Source of the DNA: Amphiscolops sp. MND2022
Lineage: Eukaryota
Reading direction: 5' to 3'
Assembly (NCBI GenBank): GCA_964187785.1
Contig: OZ076409.1
Coordinates: 50,718,001 to 50,782,000 of the forward strand
DNA: 64,000 nucleotides
The notes beneath the pieces were generated by a model. That model did no database searches. It was not told where the DNA came from and saw only the letters and a program-made list of their open reading frames with translations. Position numbers and translations under genes: made by a program. Below, one piece after another: positions 25,800 through 39,055 of this stretch (positions are counted from its first letter, which is position 1; the number at the start of each line of letters is the position of its first letter).

Positions 25800-28300
25800 A
25801 ATTAAAAAGATTATTCCATTGCTAGTTACCATCCGATTCAATCCAAACTGCGATAAAAAACAGAATGCGTGACATTTTTGAAAGTTTTGCCTTTTGAGTA
25901 CGCCGAAGAAATCGAATGTGCAATAACTTTGGAAGATTTCGGAATTCAACTTTCAGGAATTTTCGGGTCGTGTGCAGACCGCATCCAAAAAGCTTACTGC
26001 ATTTCAATCTGTATTCGATCTGCTACGTCGGTTTATGAGAAGTTGCAAACAGGACACTATTATCATCGGAAACTTCAACAACGATACATTCAAAAACTCA
26101 GGAACAAAAACCAAATACGGAAACTTTATTTGCTCTACAACTTCAGGAGGCAAAACAGTGAACAAACACGGTGACACCAACATCATCATCATCTCGGGAC
26201 CAATATCTTATTAGCTACCAAACCACCCATCAAACAGAGGAAAATACACTGGGTGATCACTACACGAGACTATGCGGAGTTCCTGATGCATGTGAAAATT
26301 GAGGTAACAACAGCGAGCTACATCAATGTTCGAAAAAAGACCTGAGAAAGTTTTTCTTTTGCACCAAAGGAGAGTAAAATAGATGGAAACAACTTGAATT
26401 CACGACAAAGAATTTGGAAAATAGTTTCTTGAATGAGCAATTGAGCGATTGATGCCACTAACAAAAATTAAAACAAAAGAAAACCCTTCTGATTGGATTA
26501 CCAATGCAGTTTAAAATACCATTTCTAAACGAGATTAACTCTTTCGAAACTTGGCAAAGTCGCCTAGTGAGAACAATAAAGAAAAGTACAAACTGTGGTT
26601 ACTTGATTGATATGAAATGGCAGAAGAGACTTCAATTTTGAAAATTTGGGAAGCGATTCAGCAACCAGAACTATTTACAGAAATTAGCAAAACTACCTAT
26701 CAAAATTCAGAAACAACCTTAAAACCCAAATCTGGATAATTTGATTAAAATGTTTGAACCATTGGCTCTGTCTTGTCAACAAAAGTAGCAATACACGACG
26801 AAACTGTGAAAGTTACGAAAATTTACAAAACAACGTTTTTTTATATACTGAAGAAACAGAAGTTACAAAACCTGTTCAAAGTGTGGAGATTCATGAAGTT
26901 TTGGTCATGATGGCATTATGAACGAATTGTTAAAATGTTGCTGCACCATATTGGAGACATACATTGTTGAAGTATTTAAAAAGTGTATAGATACGCAAAG
27001 ATTTCCTAATTTTCTGAATTAGCAAAAGTTGTACCAATATACAAGAAGGCGAGCGAGATTGTCCTGAAAATTATGTACCATTTAGTTTATTAGGTTCAGT
27101 TAGAAAACTGTATGAAAACCTTCTGTACTCTAGAATGGTGAGATTTTAAAATACCAACAAACTACCCTCTTCTATGCGATTTGCATTTCGAGCTACACGT
27201 TCATATGTGCATACAATTATTAGAGTCACAGGTTATATGCAAGAAATATTAGACAAAATACAACAGGCGTTCTCCAAGAATCTAATCTCGGACCGTTCCT
27301 CTTCCTTGTTCACGTCAACAAATTAGAAAATTATGCTCAAAAAACAGTAAGACCGCTAACATTGCTCAACCCTTAAATCACGGAGGAGAACGGAATCATC
27401 GCTACCGCCCGACTTAGAGAAGATTATCAAAAGGTTTTCAATAACAAATTGTCGCCTAATACTTCCAAATGTGAGGATAGGAATTTTGTCTTACGAAATA
27501 GTAACCACGTGACTTTACTGAGAAAGCAGATTCTAATGAAAGACTCCTCTGCATTCTTCATAAAGACAGTAAACTCACACTCCGTGATCACATAGAACAC
27601 GTTACAAAAAATTCAAATGAAACAATTTAGTGGTATGATATACAAAGAGATATGTATCCCGTTGAATGCTTCTTTGACTTGTATTGCTCGTTTATCAAAT
27701 CAATCCTCACATACAGTTTGCTTGCTTTTGGCACTGCCGCCAAGAAGAAATTGAAACAAATTGAAAGTGCACAGAGGAGAATTTTGAGATCGATTTCGTT
27801 CAAACATAATTATGAGAGTAACGGACCAAGGTTTGAGAAAATATAGTGAACTAACGGTAATTGAGCTGTCCCGTCTGGAAGTTTTTAGATAAATTTTCAA
27901 GCACCTGAAAAAGAATCACTTTTGCTTCCAAGATGGAATCGGTCTTGATACGAGGTACAGAAAAAACGGTTTACTACCCAAGACTCGTTATCGAACAGTT
28001 ACCCGAGCCAAATCAGTCGACAACAGTTTGAGAAAGGACTATGAAAAATTGAAAGGTAAGGACCTAATTAACGAAATTGAGCACAGCTTAAACACTTAAA
28101 CACAATCATTTTTGAAGAAAATATCAGATCAGATCCAATGTGAAACTTTTCTCTGATTTTTGAAAAACGCTTCCTTTTGCAATCCGAAAGATGAGCCCTT
28201 AAAAACAGATATTTGACACAAATTGTATCGCAATATTTCGGTTTTTGTTGTTTATTTAAAAGGTAGGGGCTAGAAGAACTGCCTAAGCTTATCTTCTCTC
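25800..28300 (+). mobile_element. Heavily decayed LINE (CR1/L2-like) ORF2, APE endonuclease through RT and 3' end
   Basis: IIIGNFN (GDFN) at ~26060 and LGDHY (SDH) at ~26250. AKVVPIYK and PENY motifs at ~27020-27075. A remnant of PQGSxLGP at ~27275. C-terminal LYCSFIKSILTYSLLAFGTAAK...ESAQRRILRSI. Many stops and frameshifts. Confidence 0.7.
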
Positions 28301-28479
28301 CCGGTTGTACATAAATTTAGTTATTGTTCCATAAAAAATGATGTACCTTTTCAAGTATCCAATCAAACTTTTTTTCCATAAATTAAATTTTGGTCGTGAA
28401 TACAATTAAATACAACAAACTACAAACATAGAAAAAAACAACATACTACTATGTTTTAACATACCACAACATACTACTA

Positions 28480-29092
28480 CTTTCCGTGGGTGTTTTGTTT
28501 GACCAGTTCGATCGTCTTTTTCGGTACTAGTGCTTTTTTTCCATCATTTTGTCCGGTAATTTTTTGTCGGTGATTGCTGTCATGTATTTGGATATCAGCA
28601 GTTCTTCGGCTGAAATTGTTTTGAAATTGCATTCGTTTTCGATTTCAATTAGTCTTCACCAGAACTCTTCGGGTATTTCTTCTTCCGTTTGTTATGCCCA
28701 AAAGAAAGCTCCGCGGCTACGGTAGATGTTGCGTTTCAGTAAGTTGTACTCGGTGAAAAACCGGATCAAATCTCTGACTTGGTACTGTCCGGTTACGTTT
28801 TGTATTCGGCTCGGGTTCTTTGGTACAATGCTTTGGGTCCCAATCGCCAGATGAAGTCTTCTTGGATGAGTTTTTCTTTTCCGGTTCATCCTGTTTCGGT
28901 GACATCTTCTCCTTTTATCAATGGTGCGATATCTATTTCTTGCTCCCGTTTCGTAAACTGTCGGAGTCGTTCTAACTACTACCTCGGTATGAACACGGGG
29001 TTTCTGTTCGAAGCTTTTGCTTTTAGGTTCGGTACTATGTTTTTCTCACCCATGAAACAACCGTTAGTTTTAAAAGTTGGCTTACTGTGCTA
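28480..29092 (-). mobile_element. LTR-retrotransposon (Gypsy-like) gag remnant
   Basis: - strand reading ...RGAFFWA*QTEEEIPEEFW*RLIEIENECNFKTISAEELLISKYMTAITDKKL resembles the retrotransposon gag Q..E....F..RL......C.F pattern. It follows an LTR-like block. Confidence 0.55.
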
Positions 29093-29701
29093 TGTTGTAT
29101 TTCAAGACTAGGGTAGCTATGAAGTGGAAAAGAATATTAAAAATAGTACTTTCAATTTTGTAACTTCACTCTATCAAACGTATATCAAGAATGGAATGGA
29201 TATTCATTCTGAGTTTCTCAGTACTGCTTTCTGAGTTTGTTTTCTAGGAACTCATAAGATCTATAGTTTCAGACTATGTTGGTAAAACGAAGCGCGGGAG
29301 ATGTCCGGTGAACTTATTGAAAATAATAAATACACTGTAGTCGAAAATCGGTATACTGTAGACTTATGAAAATCAAATTTTTTAAAGGTTGATTTTCATT
29401 GTTCGCAGCTGAATCTCGGTTCATAAAGTTAATTTTGGCTTTGAATATACAGACAAGATGACGTCGTCAAACATGAACAAGTCCAAATCTGAAAGTAATT
29501 TTTGCCCTCTACTTTCCATAGACTTTTTTCAGAACCTATTTGCGCAGAAGAAGGTAATTTACTGATCAGGTGTAATACCTCTCAAAGTGTAATATATATA
29601 GATGAGGTGATAGTGACATTATTAATTCATAAATTACCATTGGCACCGAAAGAAATTCTCCAAGGCAAAACACCAAGACTGGGCAAGTTACGGTGATAAC
29701 A
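29093..29701 (-). mobile_element. Putative 5' LTR of the gag-bearing element
   Basis: - strand termini TGTTATC...TACAACA, followed by a degenerate PBS-like tagcacagtaag. Confidence 0.4.
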
Positions 29702-30423
29702 TGCAGTCAATAGTAGCTTTCCACAAAATTTTATTAGGTTATGTTTCTCGAAATTTTAACTTACAAGACGTTCAACGGATGTTCATATCCACGAACATTT
29801 TCAAAAATTGTCAACCAATAATACATGAAAAAAACTAAAATGCAAGAAAATGACAAAAAAATGAAACTTTCATGTATTTTCTGGCATTCCTCATGAAAAA
29901 CACTGAGCACGCTAAGTATCTCTTTGTTTATTTGTTTGATTGATCAAAGTCTGGGGATTTTCAAACCTGGGAAAACAGTCGAAAACTATTGGAGAAATGA
30001 TTTTGTTGGAAAAAATGTGAATAAGGTTTCAATTTATACAATTTTTGTTGCATCTGCAATTTTCTGTTGCATTTTTGACATAGTGGTCATTCGAATACCT
30101 GCATCAAAACATGTGCTACTGTAACGTCCAGCAAGAGGAACATATACTAAAGCTGACACGATGTTTAGGTTGTCTGGACAGGAGACATAGTCTTCACAGA
30201 AACCTAAACACCTGTTTTTCCCAAAAAAAGTAGTGTCCTGACAGACTTTCCATACGTCCAGAAAACTCCTCATTTTAGAGCTCCGATGCGACACGTTGGC
30301 ACACTCCAAATCCTGGAGCCTCCCAAAAGCATTTAAAAACGTATTTCTAGGATACCTGAGCCCTACATGACGAAAGCTTTCAAAAAAACAATTGATAAGT
30401 CCGTGTTTCTGACTTCCGGAAGA

Positions 30424-32610
30424 AAGCTAAATAAGTTCTTTTGTTTAAAAAAGGTGACAAAAGCAATCCAGAGCGTATGGTTAAATTTTGTGAGAAAAAC
30501 AAAATATTAACACCAGCGTAGTTCGGTTTTCGATCCTTGAGGTCGTGTACTGATGCGATACAGACAGTTACCGAGTTCATGAGAGACGAAGTAGACAAAA
30601 AATCCACAGGACAAGCGTGTTTTATTGATTTAGAAAAGGCGTTTGATACAATTGACCATGGCGTCCTGCTGAATAAATTCAATGAATATGGATTCGGAGG
30701 GGATGTAAACAATCTTCTGCGAAGTTATTTGCAAAGTCGAGTTCAATATGTCTGTTTCGATAGAAAAGATACTAATTGCCGTGGAGTTAAAACCGGTGTA
30801 CCACAAGGATCGATTTTAGGACCGTTGTCTTTTCTGCTATACATTAATGACCTAACAAATTGTGGTGTTCACTCTGAAATTGTGCTTTTTGCTGATGATA
30901 CGAGTCAAGTGAAGTCACGTGATAAAAAGGAATGTAAAAGAGTGAATGATATAAGCATAATGTCCGATTGCTACACGTCAAACAAGTTATCTGTCAAAAC
31001 AGACAAACATGATGTCGTGATATTTGGATCTGGAGAATCGGAGGAAGTAGAAAAAAGGGGAAAAATCGTCCTGAGGAAAAAGTATTGTAAGTATTTAGGC
31101 GTTCACTTAGACGGGTCGCTAAAGTTCACTTACCATATTGACTACGTGGTTTAAAAGTTGAAGAAAACTTGTGGCCTCGTCTATCGAATTCGCCATTTGT
31201 TCGACAAGAAATGCTTGATTGTGTTTTAAAATTCTATTGCAAAATCAGTTATCTGCTATGGGCTATTAATATATGGAACAGGTGCAAAACGTAACCTCAA
31301 GAAGATTGGAATGGCTCAACGGCAAAGACTAAGATTAAATTTGTCAAGAAAAAATATGGCTCACTTGAAAAACTAAAAAAAAACAAAAAATATTCTTCTT
31401 CAAAACAACATTTTCTACCGTGTTTGAACAATTATTAGTTGAACCTGTTAAGGAACACTTCAGACAGCTCTCCAACAAAAGTTTTGCCTGAATAAAACAC
31501 AAATGCTGATTCAAAACCTGTAACAAGGTCTAAATTGAGAGGTGTTTTGTCCCTAAGTAGTGGACGAACTCTAATGAAACGGAAATGCCTGCAAAATGCA
31601 CTTTTTAAAAGCTACAATTGGTTGTTTCATCTCAATCGTTTACCCACCGACATACACTCAATGATCCAATTGCAAACACGGAATTTGAATAGCAAACTGG
31701 CAAAACTGTAGTTTTTTGACAATAAGCAATCCTCAGCTCTCTTTTTAGTTGGCGCTTCATGAAGTGAAACGCGACTACTCTAATAATTCTGTTTTTTCAA
31801 TACAAACGAACTGACCAAATAAGTTTTTGAAAGTTTTACAAAATTTTATGGTCCCAAATTGAATCATTTGGACTGGCGAATTGAACCAGAAAGGTTTTTC
31901 CTCTTTTTCTGCACAACATGTCATACCTTGAGAGACTAAAGGGTTCCACCTTTGGGTTTTGTTCGGCATTGTGAGACTTTTTTGTAAAAATCTTTTCCCC
32001 AAACAGTTTTCCTTCAATTTTTTATTGTTTTGCGACAGAATGGAAGTTTAAAAACCCCAAAAAGTCCCCCCTTTCAATTTTTATGGCATTGTGAGACTTT
32101 TTTGGAAATTTTTTCTCACCAATTTTTTTACCCTTCAATTTTTTGATGTTTTGCAACAATGGATGTTGGAAAGTATGAAAAGATCCCCCTTTTAGCGCTC
32201 CAAGAACCGGCGCTAGCGGGAACCTTGAACGCCAGTTCCGTCATTTGGGTTTTTTGTGAGATTGATACTCTTTTTGTGAGTTTGTTACTTTGAGTTTTTG
32301 ACATTTTTATGTCCGTTTGCAATTTTTGAGCCTTAGATATGGCTCCGACTTATGCCGTTCCCGGCATGTTTTTAGTTCGGATCTTCAAGAAATATTATAG
32401 TTGTTAAGTTGTGTTTCAATGTTGATTCTCAAGGGTGAGAACACGATGAACCTTCTGGCTCTTTTCTCATCCTAATTGGAGACATCTGTTTCTTCCGATG
32501 CTTTCTTCAAGTGAAACTATTTGAATATCCAATTGAGTTACCTTTTTTTCTTTTCTTTTTCCTTTCTTCTTACATTCTTAGTACATAGATGGCAATTAAC
32601 TTGAATACAA
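30424..32610 (+). mobile_element. 5'-truncated LINE (CR1/L2-like) RT pseudogene, copy 1, with a HINE-like insert
   Basis: Motifs FIDLEKAFDTIDH, GVPQGSILGP, LFADD and KYLGVHLD. 3' UTR stem-loop gggtgagaa...ttctcatcc at ~32433-32472. Confidence 0.85.
31742..32371 (+). mobile_element. HINE-like element inserted in the LINE 3' region (copied to 34387-35022 and 39056-39692)
   Basis: tttttagttggcgc ... ccgacttat-gccgttcccggc-atgtt. Confidence 0.7.
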
Positions 32611-32629
32611 TTTATTGGCTATAATTGAC

Positions 32630-33075
32630 CACAAGCCGGGAACGGCCCAAGTCGGCGTCATATCTAAGGGTCAATATTATTTAAGGAAAACCTCAACCTA
32701 TTGTGAAATTTTTCTTCTATCACACAGTGCCGAATAACCCGAAAGGGTTTTCCTTTAAACTCGATGACTCTTGTTTTCTGCACTGGAAACATCAGAAAAC
32801 ACTAGATTGCCTTCGAGAAAAATTAAGTTATTTCAAAAAAGTTATTGATTAAAAGTCGCATAATGCCGTAAAAACCAAATGGGGACCCTTTGGCCTGCCA
32901 TCTACTTTTGGTATTTTTGGAAACATGGAAAAACTTGTGGTATATGGGAGACTCAAACCCTACGTTCTCATTCTGAAAGTCTGAAGCTTCTGAAAGTCTG
33001 GACAGAAAAAGTCTGAATGAACAGAAAAGGTGGACCGACTGCAGTGAACTGACGACAAAAAAACTAGCCACAATA
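32630..33075 (-). mobile_element. HINE-like element truncated at a duplication breakpoint (complete copies 35290-35774 and 39957-40442; second truncated copy 37298-37745)
   Basis: Begins acaagccgggaacggcccaagtcggcg. The complete copies end ...aaacgccgacta. Confidence 0.65.
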
Positions 33076-33084
33076 ATAAAGCTA

Positions 33085-34385
33085 GTAGGTTCCTTTGTTT
33101 AAAAAAGGTGACAAAATGAATCCAGAGCGTATGGTTATATTTTGTGAAAAAAAAACAAATTATTAACACCAGCGTAGTTCGGTTTTCGATCTTTGATGTC
33201 ATGTACTGATGCGATACAGACAGTTACCGAGTTCATGAGAGACGAAGAGGACAAAAAATCCACAGGACAAGCGTGTTTTATTGATTTAGAAAAGGCGTTT
33301 GACACAATTGACCATGGCGTCCTGCTGAATAAATTCAATGAATATGGATTCGGAGGGGATGTAAACAATCTTCTGCGAAGTTATTTGCAAAATCGAGTTC
33401 AATATGTCTGTTTTGATAGAAAAGTTACTAATAGCCGTGAAATTGAAACCGGTGTACCACAAGGATAGATTCTAGGGCCGTTGCTTTTTCTTCTATACAT
33501 TAATGACCTAACAAATTGTGGTGTTCACTCTGAAATTGTGCTTTTTGCTGATGATACGAGTCAAGTGAAGGCACGTGAAAAAAAAAGAATGTAAAAGAGT
33601 GAATGATATAAGCATGGTGTCCGATTGCTTTACGTCAAACAAGTTATCTGTCAAAACAGGCAAACATGATGTCGTGATATTTGGATCTGGCGAATCGGAG
33701 GAAGTAGAAATAAGGGGAGAAATCGTTCCGAGAAAAAGTATTGTGAGTATTTAGGCGTTCACTTAGATGGTTCGCTAAAGTTCACTTACCATATTGACTA
33801 CGTGGTTTAAAAGTTGAACAAAATTTGTGGCCTCGTCTATCGAATTCGTCATTTATTCGACAAGAAATGCTTGATGGTGTTTTAAAGTTCTATTGCAAAA
33901 TCAGTTATCTGCTATGGGCCATTAATATTTGGAACAGGTGCAAAACGTAACCTCAAGAAGATTGGAATGGCTCAACGGCAAAGACTAAGATTAAATTTGT
34001 CAAGAAAAAACATGGCTCAATGAAAATATTCTTGTTCAAATCAACCTTTTTACCGTGTTTGATCAATTTTTAGTTGAACTTGTTAAGGAACTCTTCAGAC
34101 AGCTTCGATCACAATCTCCAACAAAAGTTTTGCCTGAATTTAACACAACTGCTGATTCAAAACCTGTAACAAGGTCTAATTTGAGAGGTGTTTTGTCCTA
34201 AGTAGTGGGCGAACTCAAATGAAACGGAAATGCCTACAAAATGCACTTTGTAAAAGCTACATTTGGTTGTTCCATCTCAATCGTTTACTCACCGACATAC
34301 ACTCAATGATCCAATTGCAAACACGGAATTTGAATAGCAAACTGGCAACACTGTAGTTTTTTGACAATAAGCAATCCTTAGCTCT
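33085..34385 (+). mobile_element. LINE RT pseudogene, copy 2 (by tandem duplication)
   Basis: Near-identical to the 30424 copy, with a stop after GVPQG. Confidence 0.85.
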
Positions 34386-36987
34386 CTTTTTAGGTGGCGC
34401 TTCATGAAGTGAAACGCGACTACTGTAATGATTCTGTTTTTTTTCAATCCACACGAACTGACCAAAATAGTTCCTAAAACTTCTACAAGATTTCAAGGTC
34501 CCAAATTGAATCGTTTGGCCTGGCGAATTCAACCAAAAAGGTTTTTCCTCTTTTTTTGCATAAGATATCATACCGGGAAAGACTAAGGGGTTCCCCTTTG
34601 GGATTTGTTCGGCGTTGTGAGACTTTTTTTGTAAAAAATCTCTTCCCGAAGATTCCCCCTGCAGTTGTTCAATGTTTTGCGACAGAATGGATGTTTAAAA
34701 ATCCTCAAAACGTCCCCCCTTTCGTTTTTGTCGGCATTTTGAGACCTTTTTTGGAAACTGTTTCTCACCAATTTTTTCTACCCTTCAATTTTTTGATGTT
34801 TTGAAAGAATGGAAGTTGGAAAATGTGAAAAAATCCCCCTTTTAGCACGCCAGGAACCGGCTCTAGAGGGAACCTTGAACGCCAGTTCCGTCATTTGGGT
34901 TTTTTTGTGAGATTAATACTCTTTTTGTGAGTTTGTTACTTTGGGTTTTTTGACATTTTTTTGTCCGTTTGCAAGTTTTGAGCCTTAGATATGGCTCCGA
35001 CTTACGCCGTTCCCGGCATGTTTTTAGTTCGTTTGGATCTTCAAGTTAGGATATATTACAGTTGTTAAGTTGTGTTTCAATGTTGATTCTCAATGGTGAG
35101 AACACGATGCACCTTCTGGCTTTTTTCTCATCCTAATTGGAGACATCTGTTTCTTCCGATGCTTTGTTCAAGTGAAACTATTTAAATATCCAATTGAATT
35201 AGCTTTTTTCTTTTCTTTTTCTTTTCTTCTTACATTCTTACTACATAGATGGCAATTAACTTGAATACATTTTATCGGCTATAATTGACAACAAGCCGGG
35301 AACGGCCCAAGTCGGCGTCATATCTAAGGGTCAATAATATTTAAGGAAAACCTCAGCCTATTGTGAAATTTTTCTTCTATCACACAGTGCAGAAAAATCT
35401 GAAAAGGTTTTCCCCTAAACTCGATGACTCTTTTTTTTCTGCACTGGAAACATCAGAAAACACTAATTTGCCTTTGAGAAAAATTAGTTTTTTTTCAAAA
35501 AAGTATTTGATTAAAAAAGTCGCATAATGCCGAAAAAATCAAATGGGGACCCTTTGGCCTGCCCACTACTTTTGGTATTTTTGGAAACATTGAAAAACTT
35601 GTAGTTTAGTGTGAGACTCAAACCCTACGTTCTCCTTCTGAAAATTTGAAGCTTCTGAAAGTCTGGACAGAAAAAGTCTGAATGATTAGAAAAGGTGGAC
35701 CGATAGCAATGAACTGACGAAAAAAAACTAGCTACTGTAAGAGTCGTCATTTTCTTGGAAAACGCCGACTAGAAGCACAAGATTTGATAGATGAAACTAT
35801 TCCAAATACTTGAAATACAGCGCTTTTCCCCATATCTACTGAAAAAGAAGCAATCAAAGCCTCATAGAGACTCTGATTCGTGAAACATTCCAAACAGGGC
35901 ATGAAATAAAACGCAGTTTAAAAATTTTTCTGCGAAACAGGGCGCTTTTTGGATTTTATGGGATCTCTTTTTTAACTTTTTCTGATTATCTTCTGAGAAT
36001 AAACTTGGAACTATGCAAAATTTGGGGGAAAACGCTCCCGAGTAACTAAAAAATTCCACTGTAAATAAAATGTGTTGTATTGGAAAACGTATGGCTGAGT
36101 ACGGCCTCTGAATTATATCAACAAGTACTGGGATTCACTCTGTGGAACGTTCGAAAAATTATTACGTAAACTTTTGAGTTGAAACAATGAGTAAGAAACA
36201 TTTTGAGAAAAACTTCGGCAAAGTATAAAAGATCATCGAGACAAGTGTAGTGTCATCGAGGTCCGTTGGACCTGATATACCTTTCAGTTGTCGAAACACT
36301 ATTTGAATTGTTGTATAAGTAACTCTTTTGTAAACTCTTTTGTAAACTCTTTTGTAAGCTCTTTTGTAAACAACATTTGAAACTTGATGTGTTGAATTAG
36401 ACTCAGATCCACCAACTACTACTTCGGATATTTTAATGCGATGGTTGCCCTTTGCATCAATTTACTTCTGATCCCAACATTCTTAATTGAAACAACAACT
36501 GCAACAAAATTTGATTCATCAAGTAATAATCAAATGCTCAATTCAGTATTGCTGTCCGGGATACGCGGCCTGAAACACGCTGCCCATATAAATGTTCTTA
36601 GAAAATTCTGGATGCGATCGTTTCGTATGTGAACTTCTTCAAGTATGACTGCTCTTTGTTGACGTTTCTGTACTTTATTTTTCAACAAAAGGCGAAGTGG
36701 CACTGCAATTTTTTTCATATACTGTTACATCAGAAAATGGAGGACCTTTCAGGGTAACGAAAAGACTTTTTCTTAGCTGAAGTTATCACTAAGACCGAGC
36801 TCTTGTGGTTTTTTTATTCAGAAAATTTTTGGCAAAACAAGTTGCAAAGAGCCGAAATCATCCAAAAATGTAACCCTTTTCGCTCAAAAACCTGCTTTAT
36901 AGACTGAATACGTTACGGAAAAGTCAAACCAGCCAACCTCTCGTGAACGAAGAAAAATTTCGTAAGAGTCGCATAAAGTTGGAAGTC

Positions 36988-37083
36988 TTTTTAGTCGGCG
37001 CTTCATGAAGTGAAACGCGACTATTATAATGACTCTTTTTAGTCGGCGCTTCATGAAGTGAAACGCGACTATTATAGTGACTT
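36988..37083 (+). repeat. Two tandem 48-bp copies of the HINE 5' terminus at the duplication junction
   Basis: tttttagtcggcgcttcatgaagtgaaacgcgactattata(a/g)tgact, twice. Confidence 0.9.
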
Positions 37084-37754
37084 TTTTCTTCTGGCTCTTT
37101 TCTCATCCTAATTGGAGACATCTGTTTCTTCCGATGCTTTCTTCAAGTGAAACTATTTAAATATCCAATTGAGTTACCTTTTTTTCTTTTCTTTTTCCTT
37201 TCTTCTTACATTCTTAGTACATAGATGGCAATTAACTTGAATACAATTTATTGGCAACATAATTGACAACAATAATAATTGAAATACAATAATTGACAAC
37301 AAGCCGGGAACGGCCCAAGTCGGCGTCATATCTAAGGGTCAATATTATTTAAGGAAAACCTCAATCTATTGTGAAATTTTTCTTCTATCACACAATGCCG
37401 AACAACCCGAAGGGTTTTCCTTTAAACTCGATGACTCTTGTTGTCTGCACTGGCAACATCAGAAAACACTAGATTGCCTTCGAGAAAAATTAAGTTATTT
37501 CAAAAAAATTATTGATTAAAAAAGTCGCATAATGCCGTAAAAACCAAATGGGGACCCTTTGGCCTGCCATCTACTTTTGGTATTTTTGGAAAAATGGAAA
37601 AACTTGTGGTATATGAGAGACTCAAACCCTACGTTCTCATTCTGAAATTCTGAAGCTTCTGAAAGTCTGGACAGAAAAAGTCTGAATGAACAGAAAAAGT
37701 GGACCGACTGCAGTGAACTGACGAAAAAAATTTAGCCACAATAATAGAGCTAAA

Positions 37755-39055
37755 TAGGTTCCTTTGTTTAAAAAAGGTGACAAAATGAATCCAGAGCGTC
37801 TGGTTATATTTTGTGAAAAAAAACAAATTATTAACACCAGCGTAGTTCGGTTTTCGATCTTTGATGACATGTACTGATGCGATACAGACAGTTACCGAGT
37901 TCATGAGAGACGAAGTGGACAAAAAATCCACAGGACAAGCGTGTTTTATTGATTTAGAAAAGGCGTTTGATACAATTGACCATGGCGTCCTGCTGAATAA
38001 ATTCAATGAATATGGATTCGGAGGGGATGTAAACAATCTTCTGCGAAGTTATTTGCAAAATCGAGTTCAATATGTCTGTTTTGATAGAAAAGTTACTAAT
38101 CGCCGTGAAATTGAAACCGGTGTACCACAAGGATAGATTCTAGGGCCGTTGCTTTTTCTTCTATACATTAATGACCTAACAAATTGTGGTGTTCACTCTG
38201 AAATTGTGCTTTTTGCTGGTGATACGAGTCAAGTGAAGGCACGTGAAAAAAAAAGAATGTAAAGAGTGAATGATATAAGCCTGGTGTCCGATTGCTTTAC
38301 GTCAAACAAGTTATCTGTCAAAACAGGCAAACATGATGTCGTGATATTTGGATCTGGCGAATCGGAGGAAGTAGAAATAAGGGGAGAAATCGTTCCGAGA
38401 AAAAAGTATTGTGAGTATTTAGGCGTTCACTTAGATGGTTCGCTAAAGTTCACTTACCATATTGACTACGTGGTTTAAAAGTTGAACAAAATTTGTGGCC
38501 TCGTCTATCGAATTCGTCATTTATTCGACAAGAAATGCTTGATGGTGTTTTAAAGTTCTATTGCAAAATCAGTTATCTGCTATGGGCTACTAATATTTGG
38601 AACAGGTGCAAAACGTAACCTCAAGAAGATTGGAATGGCTCAACGGCAAAGGCTAAGATTAAATTTGTCAAGAAAAAATATGGCTCAATGAAAATATTCT
38701 TGTTCAAATCAACCTTTTTACCGTGTTTGAACAAATTTTAGTTGAACTTGTTAAGGAACTCTTCAGACAGCTTCAATCACAATCTCCAACAAAAGTTTTG
38801 CCTGAATTTAACACAAATGCTGATTCAAAACCTGTAACAAGGTCTAATTTGAGAGGTGTTTTGTCCCTAAATAGTGGGCGAACTCTATTGAAACGGAAAT
38901 GATTACAAAATGCACTTTGTAAAAGCTACAATTGGTTGTTCCATCTCAATCGTTTACTCACCGACATACACTCAATGACCCAATTGCAAACACGGAATTT
39001 GAATAGCAAACTGGCAAAACTGTAGTTTTTCGAAAATAAGCAATCCTTAGCTCTC
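37755..39055 (+). mobile_element. LINE RT pseudogene, copy 3 (by tandem duplication)
   Basis: Shares the GVPQG* stop and the HINE/LINE junction with copy 2. Confidence 0.85.

Noticed and set aside
30537..31154. 205-aa RT ORF as an active gene, retron or group II intron RT
   Set aside because: The motifs are LINE-type, the element is 5'-truncated, and it has stops downstream.
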